Translations under genes and position numbers: made by a program
NCBI GenBank assembly: GCA_012295275.1
Contig: CM022665.1
Location: forward strand, 33,790,001 to 33,854,000
Length of the DNA stretch: 64,000 bases
Direction of reading: 5' to 3'
Source of the DNA: Chrysomallon squamiferum
Taxonomy: Eukaryota > Animalia > Mollusca
The notes under the pieces: generated by a model
Databases searched by the model: none
What the model was told of the DNA's origin: nothing
The model's input: only the letters and a program-made list of their open reading frames with translations
Part shown: one piece after another, positions 27,177 to 40,080 of the stretch
Layout of the letters: every line of letters starts with the position of its first letter
How positions within the stretch are numbered: the stretch's first letter is position 1

Positions 27177-28924
27177 TTGTGGGTTTTTGAAAAAGATGTA
27201 AATATTTCAACAAGAATAAGCACTGTTTATCTGTCATGTACAATTTATGTGCAGTAATGTACAAGAACAATTCATAATCCAAGAGTTTTGTTACTAACAA
27301 ACAATAGCATTGTGTATTACAGTAATATCATAGTGTCTTCTCAGTCACTAAATATGTCTAATAGTTTATACTACAGAACACATTTATTTTATTGGTAAAT
27401 AAACATTAAAACAAAAAAATCAATAATTAAATATTAATTAGTTGCTATTCATCTCAATTCTCAGCATTTGTTTTGCAGTAATAAACAAAAAGAACCTATA
27501 ATGGATTAAGATTTGCAAAGAAAAAAGTAATAAAGGAGAACGACAGAATATTTTATCACTGGTGTTGTATAACAAAATTATCACAATTTATTGAAGACAA
27601 ACAAAACTGTAAAATGACATGAAATACCATTCAGTTATTTTTCAGAAATTTTAATAATTTATTTAATAATGAGCAAAAGCATATTCTGCAGTATGTAACA
27701 TTAACACATGGTGATAATGAAGAACAATAGAAGAAAAAAAATAATTATATACTCAATAACATTTGTCAGGGACTTGAAATATTTATTAACATTATTTTTG
27801 ATGGATTGTATTTTAGCTGTTACTGAAATAAAATAATGACTAATAACAAATTTTGATTCTCAGAACAGTCTTGCTTGTAATGTCAGTGATTCATATCTGA
27901 TGAATATATTGTTAAAAACATGAAAAATATTTCATGATCCCTAACTTTATTGTTCAGTATACTTAATTTTATTTATTAATAATAATAATAATAACTTGAT
28001 TACATTAATTATAGGCCAATTTTATGGGCTGACTCTTCTTTCATCTAACTAAACTTTCTTCATTTTTTTCTATTTATTTATTTATTTATTTGTTTATATA
28101 ACTGTATTTCAGATTTGATCAGTGATTTGTTTTGTGTTTGTGTGGTTGACATGTAGACCCAGCCTTGTCACCATTGGTCTTTCTCCTGTTGCTATTGTTG
28201 GTGATATATTTTGTAACACTGTTAAACTCATTACAGGTACATTCCCACCAATTTGTCATCATTGTACATTGTTATCTGTTGCTTTGTGCATGGATTTTTT
28301 TTCAGTTCTTTACTTTTTTTCCTTTTTAATTCTGCTTAGTTTTTCTTTATTTTTGTACCATCTCAATGTGATGTGAAAACTATTCAGAATAATAATGTTA
28401 AAATAAAAAGTAAAAGAAAAATAATTTTGTGTTCTGTTGTCTTTTCAGTAAAAATGATGAATGAATTGATGCTTAACAACACTGTAACAAAATTTAGCAG
28501 TTAACTGTTATGTATCAGTTGAACATTTCTTGTATGATTTGAATATAATGGAAACTACAATCATGTACCAAGTAAGCTGTCAGTTACATAAAGGTGGCAC
28601 CGTATGGAACAAAAAGTAGCCTAAAGCAGGCACTAATACAAAAACCATTGTTACAATATACAATAAACGAGAATGGTAATGATTTTTTTTCTTCAGTAAG
28701 TTGTATGAGCTTTTCTAAAGCACAGCATCTCTTAAATAACAAAGATTTTCTTTTATTTATTTAATTTTTTATCAGCAATCTACATAATTAAAACTACATT
28801 AAAAAATTGAAAAATTACATTTTTGGGGGGTTAGTAAAGAATTTTATTGATATAACTTTATGTGAACATGGGAGGAGGCTGGTGCTCTATGACAGCACAT
28901 CTTTCTTGGTGGTCTTACTGAATT

Positions 28925-29070
28925 ATTTTTCATTCCTGCCAGTGCACCAGTGGATGTACTGTCCTGTCTGTGGGATGGTGCACATAAAATATCCCTTGGC
29001 TGCTAGTTATAAAGAATGGCCCATGAAGTGATCATTTTCTCTCTTGTTTTCTGATTGGTTGTTAACCATA
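28925..29070 (+). mobile_element. Decayed SINE internal fragment (resembles an abundant gastropod tRNA-derived SINE core)
   Basis: ccagtgcacca...tcctgtctgtgggatggtgcacataaaatatcccttggctgcta...gcccatgaagtg...ttaaccata; recognised from memory only, head and tail missing. Confidence 0.5.
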
Positions 29071-29307
29071 AAATGTAACAAATTTAATTTTTTGTTATAA
29101 AATTAACAACAAAAACAGTAATTGAGATTGTACTTAAATACTTCAGTTGAATAGTGAATTAAATAACAGAATTTTAATCGCTCTCTCTGTAAGAAAAGAA
29201 ACCTGCATGTTGCTACCACTGGCCAACCAGCTTTAGACTGATAATTGTTGTACTGAGCCACTAACAACACACTAATTAAGCACAGCTGTTTTTTTCTTTC
29301 TTTCTTT

Positions 29308-29344
29308 TCTTCTTCTTCTTCTTCTTCTTCTTCTTCTTCTTCTT

Positions 29345-29375
<31 letters not shown>

Positions 29376-29400
29376 TTATTATTATTATTATTATTATAAT
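29308..29400. repeat. (TTC)n(TTA)n microsatellite
   Basis: Visible run. Confidence 0.95.
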
Positions 29401-31314
29401 ATAACAATTCTTGGTAAGTTTTATTACTTCTTTTTATTTCTTTTCTTCTTTTCTTTCATTATTTTTTTTTTGTTTGACAACAATTAATTGTGTTTGTGCA
29501 GTTTTCTGAACGACATATTAACCCCTGTGATCCTCCATGTCAGCAATTTTTTAACAAGGAACCGCGGGAGTTTCAAGCAGTGTCAGTGTTACCACTGTTC
29601 CCACAGAAATAACATGTGCATACATTCTGATATCACTGGTTCTTTTATGGAGCACATTAAATTAATTTTCTTAAATCATGCAATAAATAAATGTGTTATT
29701 CATTAGATATTTTTCAAATTTATATGGGTGGGTTTTCCCTGCTAGGAACACTGAATAAGAGTGTAATTGACTCTCTTCACTTTAAGTGGCACTTTCAATC
29801 AGCTGTTTTGACCTTCTCAGTTAGAGCGTAACAATATTATCCTCCTCCCTCACTCAAAAAATTAAAAAATTAAAATCTGGCTAAAATGGCTAACTTACAC
29901 TTTCTTAAAATGTAGACTAACTTAAATGAATTTTAAAGAATGTCATATGGTGTAACTGTCTAGGTCTTTGATGTGGGTTTTAAAGTTTTTAAAATAAAGC
30001 ATGGCAAATATGATTAGACTTAGTATTATGCATATTTTAATATTTACTCTGTTATTTTAAATGGGTCCATAAAACATATAACCATTCTGAGATTATTATT
30101 ATTAAAAGTTAGATATACATTTTGTACAGATGTGTTTTTTGTTGTATTAGAGAAAAACCCAGCATTTATATGTGCTTGTTCACATAACATGAAATCTTCA
30201 ATAAAAATAGGGGCTGGTTTAACATGTTAAAATTTTTCATAATGGGTACTTTTCTAACCTATTAAAATGGTTATAAAAAAAATTAATTTAATCCCAAATT
30301 TCTTTTTTTTAAATTTTAAAGTTTTATCTTTTATATATGCATATTTTTTTTTCTTAACCCTAACTGTCTGTTTCAGCCTACATTCCGTTTGAGACATGGC
30401 ATACCACTCCAACAAAATTTTAAGTATCAGAGTATTCGAATTGCTTTTGAAAGTTTAATTTTATCAATAGGAGGAATGTTAAATCTTAAACAAGACTATG
30501 GCTTCATAGTTGATTATTTCAAGTTAAAGCCAAATATTGAGTTCTAGTGTATAATTCATTTAAATGTAGTATATAACAACAGTAATAATAATAATAATAA
30601 ATATATAAATAAATAATAAATCCTTAATATTATAATACAGTGCTTGGAGATTAATTGGATGTAATTACATTAAATATGTACCTTTTTTCTTTGTAGCTAT
30701 ACAACTTGATGCTGCTTAATAATATTAAATAGTTTATCAACTTGTTCATTTATATATATTTACCTTTTGTACAACACCCATTAACTTATGTAATTTTAGT
30801 TTGTTTCTTTAGTGCTTAAATAGAATATTCATATATCCTGTCAGTCACTTGACATTTGAAGTGAAGGCATTATTGCAATACTGCAGATTATATTGGTTGC
30901 ATAATTTAGAAAATATTTGATCAGTAAAATGGCAATTCTTTATCTTTATTGTATTAACAAATGACTATATTCAGGAAAGATATCGAATGTTATCACAGAC
31001 CTAGGTCAAATGTGACAAATGTCATTTAAACAAATATTGTACTTTGGCTTCAAGGTAAAAGCCTTCATGTACAGGTGTCTAGGTATTGCACTTCAGTTTG
31101 TAGGTTTAAAGAGAATAACTGAAGTTGATTTTTAAAAGCAATTAAATTGTCTTCATGGCATTTTCAAGAATAACACAATTTGGATTCTTTAATGAATGAA
31201 TATTTAGAGTACAATTACAGATGAGACTGATTCTTTTAATGCAGTAAATATCATTATTTGATAAAGAAAATGTTTGCTGCAAGTCATAAAAAGTGTATGG
31301 TACCAGTTAAAATA

Positions 31315-32052
31315 CAGTGGTACCTTGATTTACAAGTGCCCCACTTACGAGTTTTCAAAGTTACGAGCAGATGCTCAATCGAGTTTTTGCTTTGAGTTGC
31401 AAGCCAAAATCCAAGTTACGAGCGAGCTTCAGATACACCGCTGTCAGTTGGCGCAACGAACAACACAACATCCGCCCAGCATCGTGTGTTTCACTCCTTT
31501 ACTTTACATGGTTACCTTGCCGTGGAAGCATCTCTGTTGTGCTGCATTCGCGTTTTGTGCAGTATTTTGCCAAATTTCTTTTTTCTGACCATGGATCGTA
31601 AGAAACTGAGTGCAAAGGACAGTGCTGAGAAGAAGAAGATGATGTCCATTGAATTAAAGAATGAAATCATAGAAAAACATGAGCAAGGTGTACATGTATT
31701 TGACTTGGCTAGATAGTAATTCTATGGTATCTACCATACTGAAGCAAAAGGAGTCAATAGAGGATATAACTCCAGCCAAAGGCATTAAGATAATTTGTCT
31801 GATTTCCAAGACAAATACACTTTACAAAACCAATTTGTTTCTTTACATTCTCTTTTATTATTTTTTTTATACAATATTTGTCATTTATAAACACATTTTT
31901 CTTATTTAAAAACATGTTACAAAACAGTGGGATGGTTTTGGGGGGGCTTGAATGGATTCATTTCATTTGGGAAAATTGATTTGATATACGAGCAAATTGA
32001 GTTACGAGCTCGGTCATGGAACGAATTAAACTCATAAGTCAAGGTACCACTG
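31315..32052 (+). mobile_element. Internally deleted Tigger/pogo DNA transposon
   Basis: TIRs cagtggtaccttgatttacaagt / actcataagtcaaggtaccactg, TA flanks, subterminal ttacgag repeats; transposase N-terminal HTH remnant from ATG 31591 (MDRKKLSAKDSAEKKKMMSIELKNEIIEKHEQG...DLAR, then STILKQKE); DDE domain absent. Confidence 0.9.
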
Positions 32053-33734
32053 TATTTTCAATACCATGTCAAATAAAAACACTTTAATTAAGTCAATTTT
32101 CAACAATCTCTACTAAATAGCAATAGTTGTGTACATACAAATATATATTAAACATTCTTCTTAACATGCAACTTCAATAACTGGCATAATTCTTAGAATC
32201 AATAGCCAATCATTCATTTACACCAATGATAACAAAAATCGCTGTGATGGCAAACATGCATCTATAGTTTTTACTTGCACATATGCCAGAGGATCCATAG
32301 AATTACCACTATCTTATTTATAAGAAAATGAGTGATAACATTATAAATTCACTCTCTTAACAGTAACCTGAAATGATTTTTATTTGGTTCTTTAGAAAAA
32401 AATAAAAATCATAATAATAATAAATAAATAAATTGGAATCATTTGAGAATGTTTAAAATTTTTAAATGCAGTTCCTAAAAAGATAGCCAAATCTGTCTCA
32501 GTCACTTGATTCCTCTTGCTCTGTCAAAATATATATATATATAATTTTGTTCTAAAATGTAGAACTATTTATTATGTGGATTTTGAATTTTAATAGATAA
32601 TTTTTGTTTACAGTATTTGGTATACTTCAGTTATTAACAATGTTGTTATATTTGTTAATCATCATTTTGTTATTTTTGTTAAGTAAGTGAATCAACACTT
32701 GGTATATATTCACAGTTTACACAGAGCACTATATAATAAATTAAACAAGCTTAATGTATGTATTTATGTTTCTCATACTTCAGAGGCAGTACATCGCAGT
32801 AGCTAATCCAAGAATTTTTCCAGTTCTGTGACAGAAGGAAACCATGAAAAAAAATATAGTTTGAAAAATGCAGGTGGCAGATATGATGGTTGGCAGACAT
32901 GACAAAATAAGAGCTAGTGAACATTAAGCAAATATGCAAAATTAAAATAATATATTTTTAAACTTTATGTCCACTTTTTCTGTAAATAGCATTGGGTAAG
33001 GATAGAGGCTGACTGAATCAAACTAAAAACCTAAAGTAAGATGTTGAATATGTGTCAACTGCTGTAAGTGCATTGGATCAGTGTAAAATCTAAAAATTCA
33101 CATATTTGTAGGAAGATGATCAAATTTTACTGATATTAGGCTGTTCTGACAATTATCTGAAATAACTTTTATAGTAATATTATTTTGTACACTTACATTG
33201 TTGATTTAGTGGTTTAAAATAGAAAATTATATGTTGGTTGTACTTCATAGATTTTTGTAAAGTGATAAAAGAAGTAACAAAATAATAGAATAAAGCTGAT
33301 TAAAACAATAATAATAAATAAATAAATAATAGTATAAATACCAGTTCTACTAGAACTTCTAGCACATTAAGTAACGCAAGGCTGTAAATAAATTAATTGT
33401 ATGAAATCTTTTCTTTAAAAATATGTAGCAATATTTATGAAATGGTAAATTCAGTGCATAATACATTTATGGAATGTAATAAGTATAAATTATCGATCGG
33501 TATATTTGCGAATCAAGGCTGTCTGCGTGTTCTTTTAAAGCAGACAACTCTTGCATATTTTTGTATATACTATGCAGTGCATAAGAGTTGGCTTTCTTGA
33601 TAAACCATGAATAATTAGACACTGTAACTATCGATTTAATTTTATTTCTGTTGACAGAGGTAATTGTTTAGAAAGTGTAGTAGTATTTTGTTACTTTCGC
33701 TATTTGAAGGAAAGGAAAAGCCAGTTGATTATTC

Positions 33735-34213
33735 TGGGGCGGATCTAGAGGGGGTGGGTCCATGGTGTCCGGACCCCTTCAAATTCGAGAAATGCCCCAT
33801 TTATTTAGGATTTTTTTTTATTTTTACAAATATATATATATATATATTTAAAATTATTATTTTTAAACAGTCCAATTATACCAAAGAAAATCCAAAATAT
33901 AATCAGCATTTCCCTGTTCTTGCATATACGTGGTATACATGGGCATTTTATCACTCAAACCTAACTGCTATGACATTTAATACAATGACTATCTGAAAAC
34001 GTGACGTCATGGAAAGAGAGGCGCGATTTGATTATTCCATCAAAATGCCGCGAAGAGCACGTCTATTTTCTGTCAGTGTATAGAACACTGTATTGTAGCA
34101 CTACTATATGAACCGTGAACTGTGTGTATATTTTTAATAGTGCCTTTTCATACTGTTATGGATCCCTTTTTGTCATGGACCTCCCACTCATCAGAAAAGC
34201 TGGATCCGCACCA
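33735..34213. mobile_element. Putative non-autonomous TIR element (ggcggatc...gatccgc ends)
   Basis: tggggcggatctag and ctggatccgcacca are 12/14 complementary; subterminal ggtcc/ggacc motifs; attatt on both flanks as a possible imperfect TSD. Confidence 0.55.
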
Positions 34214-34497
34214 ATTATTTGAGACCTGTTAAAAGCAAAATAGAAACCTGGCATTTTCCTATAACATTTAGGTGAGGTGATGTCCTTCTATGCTGTGTGG
34301 AATTAATTTTGTATTTGTGTTAAAGTTTTAAAATGAAATACTGACTTTTCTTCAGTTTGTTTTCACAGGATGACAAGAGGAAGATGAAGACAGGAAAACA
34401 CAGATGAAGCAGCATTCAGGGCGCAGACCAAGAATGGGTTTTTCGTTTTCCTTAGGGTTGCCAGCATTTAGGTGGAGTGTATGCTTTGTACCATAGC

Positions 34498-34685
34498 TGT
34501 TGTATTTAAATGGTGTTATAGTTAACATTGTTACAGTTTACGATGTTTAAGGGAACCGGAAGAGGGGATATTATTATATGAAGTTACCGGGAGCGTGCGT
34601 CAGTTTTGTTCGTAGCAATTTTTGAAACGAAATAAATTGTTTGGAAATTGAAATGAACTTTATGTTTTAATGTTAAAACATAACA
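34498..34685 (+). repeat. 5' LTR
   Basis: TGTT...AACA termini, internal AATAAA, direct repeat of 39179-39362. Confidence 0.95.
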
Positions 34686-34687
34686 AT

Positions 34688-34705
34688 TGGCGACGAGGAT
34701 GGGAT
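34688..34705 (+). promoter_or_regulatory. Primer binding site complementary to the tRNA-Ser(GCT) 3' end
   Basis: TGGCGACGAGGATGGGAT is the reverse complement of ATCCCATCCTCGTCGCCA, the recalled 3' end of metazoan tRNA-Ser(GCU); it starts 2 nt after the LTR. Confidence 0.85.
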
Positions 34706-34748
34706 AACACTTATCGAACTGTTTCCTGAAATTAACTATTTATGAAAT

Positions 34749-37700
34749 ATGGCTACCTACGGTAAAGTTGAAGAGTTTGATCTAGAAAGTTCCGATTGGG
34801 ATGAATACATCGAACGTTTGGAACAGTATCTGCTGGCGAATAATGTAGACGATGCCGAAAAGAAACGTTCCATTTTGTTGTCCGTATGTGGTGCCAAGAC
34901 TTACAGGTTGATTCGAAATCTGACTTCGCCTGAGAAACCGGCAAGTAAGACTTACGAACAATTGAAAACTTTGATAGGAAATCATCTCCAACCAAAACCT
35001 TTGGTGATTGCGGAACGGTTCAAATTCTATCAACGGAAACAAGAGCCCGGAGAGACTGTAAGTGAATTTTTGGCTGAATTAAGAAAATTGACAGAACATT
35101 GTGAATTTGGTGCATTTTTGACTGAAACATTAAGAGACATTTTGGTCTGTGGTCTGTCTGAAAAGTCTATACAGAAAAAACTTCTCTCTGAACATGACTT
35201 ATCACTGAGGAAAGCCTTGCAAATAGCTGTTAGTATGGAAATGGCAGCTAGAGAAACTGACATGCTGAAAATTGGAATGAAGTCAGAAACGGAAAAGTTC
35301 CACAAAGTTACTGTCATTGAATGCTTCCGGTGCGGTAAAACTAATCATCATCCTGATGCATGTTTTTACAAAAAGGCAAACTGTTATAAGTGTAATGAAA
35401 CAGGACATTTGAGTAGAAAATGTCGAAATCAAAAGAAAAAAATAGAAAGACAGGAAAGCAAACAGATGGAAAAAAGAAATTTCCAAAGTTGAAAAAGAAA
35501 AATTCTAAACTGAATGTTGTGAATCAAGATTCTGATAGGGACCTTACGGAATCAGAATGTGGTACCAGTGATTCGGAAATTGAAAATGCTGAATCTGAAA
35601 CAGGTTTAAAAATTCGTGAGGTTCAGGAAGAATCTGGAAGTAACGAAACTGAATCAGAAATTATAAAAGCTGTTCTTGAAAATAAAGAGGTTGCAATGGA
35701 AAGGAATGACAGTGATTCTGAACAGTCAATTTTCACAGTGAAATCTACGAAAGCGAAAGAAATTCAAATTTCATTGGAACTCAATGGTGTGCCATTCAAA
35801 ATGGAAGTAGATACAGGTGCTTCTGTATCGATAATTTCTAATAAGGCTTATCAGGAAAAATTGAAGAAAACAGTGCCATTGAAATCAACATCGATTGTGT
35901 TGAAAACTTATACTGATGAAGTGGTGCCAGTCCTTGGGCAAATTGAGGTGACTGTTAAATATGGAAAGCAGAAAAAACTTTTACTTTTAATTGTGGTGAA
36001 AGGAAATGGACCAACTTTGTTTGGACGGAATTGTTCCAAAACATTCAGTTGGACTGGAACAGTATTAAGATTATGAAAGCCTGTGGAAACTCTGAAGATT
36101 TGTTCAGTAGATATTCAGTTTTTTCAAATGAGTTGGGAACAGTAAAAGGCATAAGAGCTCATCTGAAAGTGAAAGAGGAAGCTACTCCAAAGTTTTTCAA
36201 GGCTAGACCAGTACCTTATGCTTTGAAGGAAAAGATAGCTGATGAACTTCACAGACTTGAAGCAGAAGGAATTCTAGAAAAGGTAGATTTTTCTGAATGG
36301 GCTTCTCCTATTGTACCTGTTTTAAAACCTGACAATACCATTCGCATTTGTGGCGATTACTAGGTTACCATAAATCCTGTGTTGGAAGTGCCTGAGTACC
36401 CTTTGCCCACTGCAGAAGACATTTTCAGCAAACTCAATGGAGGACAAAAGTTCTCCAAACTGGATTTGTCACATGCATACCAGCAAGTGTTGCTTGATGA
36501 AAAGTCGAGGAACTCTGTCACAATCAATACTCACCTTGGACTTTATCGCTATACAAGGTTGCCATTTGGAGTTGCTGCAGCGCCTGCTATTTTTCAACAA
36601 ACTATGGACAAAGTGCTTCAAGGGCTAAAAGGTGTAGGTTACATTTTGGATGACATCATACTCACTGGAAAGGATGACACCGAACACTTGAAACATTTGA
36701 AAAACACTTTGAAACGCCTAGAAAAATATGGAATTCAACTGAAAAGGTCAAATGTGCATTGATGAAAGATGAAGTTGAGTACTTTGCATTTATTGTGAAC
36801 AAAAATGGGATTCAACCTGCTGAAAGAAGTTGAAGCTGTTCTGAAAGTGCCTGAACCTAAGAACAAGAGTGAGTTGCAATCTTGGTTAGGTATTGTGAAT
36901 TACTATTGCAAGTTTGTACCCAACATGTCAACAGTGGTGGCACCGCTAACAGCGTTGTTAACCAAAGATACAGAGTGGAAATGGAGTGATGATTGTCAGC
37001 AAGCATTTTCCAAAGTGGGAAAACTGTTAGTATCATCTAAAATTCTTGTCCACTATGACTCGATGAAACCAGTAATGTTGGCAGTAGATGCATCTGCACA
37101 TGGTCTTGGAGCGGTAATATCACATGGAAATGAAGGATCGAATAGGCCAATAGCATACGCTTCTAGAACTCTGACATCAGCAGAACGCAAGTATTCCCAA
37201 ATTGAGAAAGAAGCACTGGCAATAATTTTTGGAATACACAAGTTCCATCAGTACCTGTATGGTAGAAGATTTACTTTGTTCACAGATCATAAACCACTGA
37301 CAATGATTCTTGGACCTAAAAAGAATATTCCTGTTCTGACAGGTTCTCGACTACAGCATTGGGCTATTCAGTTAGCTGCATATCAATTTGACATTAAGTA
37401 CAGAAAAACTACCAAAAATGGAAATGCTGATGCATTGTCCCGACTACCACTTCTGCAAACTGAAGAAATATCTGAAAGTGTGTTTTGGCATGAAGACAAG
37501 CAAGCAATGAGAAATCAAGTCAATGGATTACCTATCACTGCAAGAAATATTGCTAAAGCAACTGAAGTTGACAAAGTATTATCTCAGGTTGTACATTATA
37601 ACGTGTATGGATGGCCAAAAGAGTCTTCTATTTCACTGGAGCTGTTACCTTATTTCAAAGAAAGATGAATTAACCGTGGAGGAAAATTGTCTTCTCAGAG

Positions 37701-38873
37701 GAATGCGAGTGATTATTCCCGATAAATATCATACAGATATTCTGTATTATCTTCATGCAAATCATCCTGGAATTGTGCGAATGAAATCTTTGGCTAGATT
37801 GCATGTGTGGTGGCCTCATATGGATATTGACATAGAAAAGAAAGTTAGCAAGTGTAAGTGTTGCCAACTACAACAAACAGTCATGCCAAAAAGTACAGCT
37901 AATGCATGGATTTGGCCCACCAAACCATGGCAAAGAATACATGTTGATTTTGCTGGACCATTTATGAAAGAAATGTTCATGATTGTGGTGGATGCACATT
38001 CTAAATGGATGGAAGTTTTTCGAATGTCCAGTACCAGAGCAACGCATGCAGTAGAGACACTGAGAAATCTCTTTGCAAGTTATGGAATGCCAGAGCAGTT
38101 GATTTCTGATAATGGACCTCAGTTTGTTACAGAGGAATTTGAAACATTTCTTAAGAAAAATGGAGTGAAACACATCAAATCAGCTCCATACCATCCAAGT
38201 TCAAGTGGTGAGGCAGAAAGAGCTGTTCGTACTTTCAAAACTGCAATGAAAACAGTTGAACATGAGTCACAAACCATGAACCAGAAGATTTCATCATTCT
38301 TGTTTGCGTATCAGAACACTCCACACTGTACTACAAAACGTACTCCATCAGAATTGTTTCTTGGCAGACGTGTTCGAACGAGATTGGATATTTTGCGTCC
38401 AAGTTTGGAGAACTCTTGTTAAAAAAAGAACTATTCCAAAAGCAAGTAAAACATGGGTGTTCAATGATGGAGATTCAGTACAAGTGAAGAACTACAGAGG
38501 ATCTGACAAGTGGTTGAGTGGAAAAGTATCGTGTCAGCTAGGGCCTGTTACCTACAGAGTGAAAATTGGAGATTTTGCGTGTAAAAGACATGTGGATCAA
38601 CTTCGTAAATGTGTGCATTTGGAGGATAATAGGAACCCGTTCCCAGAACTGTCTGCAATTGGTACGGAGTCTGAAATAGAATTTGTTGAACCAACTGTTC
38701 AGGTGGAAGAGACTGAGATCAAAAATAGAATGGTTACTTCTAATGCCGTAGAGGATGCTTCTAATGCCATCGATGATACTGTTGACGATGTACCGCAACT
38801 ACCAATACCGTCTACCCCAAGATGTCCTAGACGTGCTCGAAAAACACCTCAAAGACTGATAGAAACTATTTAA
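34749..38873 (+). pseudogene. Disrupted gag-pol polyprotein of the Gypsy element
   Basis: Gag with two CCHC knuckles (CFRCGKTNHHPDAC, CYKCNETGHLSRKC); protease VDTGAS; RT (WASPIVPV, RLPFG, ILDD); RNase H (VDASAHGLGAV, EKEALAI, TDHKPL); integrase HHCC plus HVDFAG/SDNG/EAER. Frameshifts near 35450, 36035, 36750, 36820, 37665, 38420 and a TAG at 36361. Confidence 0.95.
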
Positions 38874-39178
38874 AGTGATTTAATCTGAATATGTGTAATA
38901 CGGAATTCATTGAAAGATTGTAGAATTAGTGTTATTTTTTTTTATTATATATTTTTGTTTTAAGAATAATATTTGTGATTTGAAGTTCCATATGTGACCA
39001 ATGAACATACTTGATAAACTGTAATTGAACTATTATGGTGTCCAATGAAAAAAAGAAAAGAAAAAAAGTTTATTTTTTTAAGTTCAAAGTTCCATTGTTT
39101 AATTATTACTAATTAGTAAATCACACAAATTTATTTTAGAAATTTACATATAACATAATTTGTGGGTAAATTGAAAAT

Positions 39179-39362
39179 TTGTATTTAAATGGTGTTATAG
39201 TTAACATTGTTACAGTTTACGATGTTTAAGGGAACCGGAAGAGGGGATATTATTATATGAAGTCACCGGGAGCGTGCGTCAGTTTTGTTCATAGCAATTT
39301 TTGAAACGAAATAAATTGTTTGGATATTGAAATGAACTTTGTTTTAATGTTAAAACATAACA
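39179..39362 (+). repeat. 3' LTR (first TG missing)
   Basis: Matches the 5' LTR except three substitutions and one 2-nt indel. Confidence 0.93.
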
Positions 39363-39659
39363 ATAGCCATCAGACTCTTAATACTGATGACTACACATGC
39401 ATGTTCTGTTTTATAATCCATAGGCGAAGAAGGCAAAACAATGGCAGCAGAGGACATCACCTCACCTAAATGGTAAAGGAAAATGCCTGTACATTTCCTT
39501 CCAAAGAGATGAAAAAAAAAAAAAAAAAATTTGCGTATTTAAAATTTATAGAAATAAAAAATAAAAAATATTAATAAATAAATAATATTAATAATAACAA
39601 TAACAACAACAACATCATCATCATCATCAAAGAGAATAATAAGAGTAACACTAGAAATG

Positions 39660-40080
39660 ATGGAATTAAATTTTTATTTATTTTAAAGTTTGCTAAATGA
39701 AATACTTTTCTTTAGTTTGTTATCACATGATGACGAGCAAGATGAACACAGATGAAGCAGCTTTTTTTATATTTACCTTAGGATTGCCGACATTTGGGTT
39801 GGATTGTAATACTGTTCTGCTTTATAATCCCCAGCTGAAGAATGTAAAATGCTGCCAACCGAAAAAGACATCAGGAAAATAAAGATAGGAATACACAGAC
39901 GAAGCAGCGTTGAGGGCGCAAACCAAGGATGGGTTTTCAGTTTCATTTGGGTTCGAGTGTATTATATGCATTTTAATGTACTCATCAGACTCTTAATAAT
40001 GTTCTGTTCTATAATCCTTAGGTGAAGGTAAAAGACTGCTAGTGGAGGAAGACATGAGCTAAATGGTAAACAAAAATGCC
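39660..40080. repeat. Two diverged copies of the unit interrupted by the Gypsy element (34297-34497 + 39368-39487)
   Basis: Shared blocks acacagaYgaagcagc, gggcgcaRaccaagRatgggtttt, catcagactcttaata, tgttctg..tataatcc, ctaaatggtaaa..aaaatgcc. Confidence 0.8.

Larger units (their letters stand above)
34498..39362 (+). mobile_element. Ty3/Gypsy LTR retrotransposon (Mag-like), near full length, inactivated
   Basis: Two ~186-bp LTRs, 5-bp TSD ATAGC (34493-34497 and 39363-39367), PBS directly after the 5' LTR, gag-PR-RT-RNaseH-IN order. Confidence 0.97.

Noticed and set aside
35420-35492. Programmed -1 frameshift between gag and pol
   Set aside because: The shift lies in A runs and the element has about five other frameshifts; decay or homopolymer error is simpler.
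34753-38798. Minus-strand ORFs within the Gypsy element and antisense ORFs over PLC and PSMA3 exons
   Set aside because: Shadows of the real coding strand with no independent motifs.
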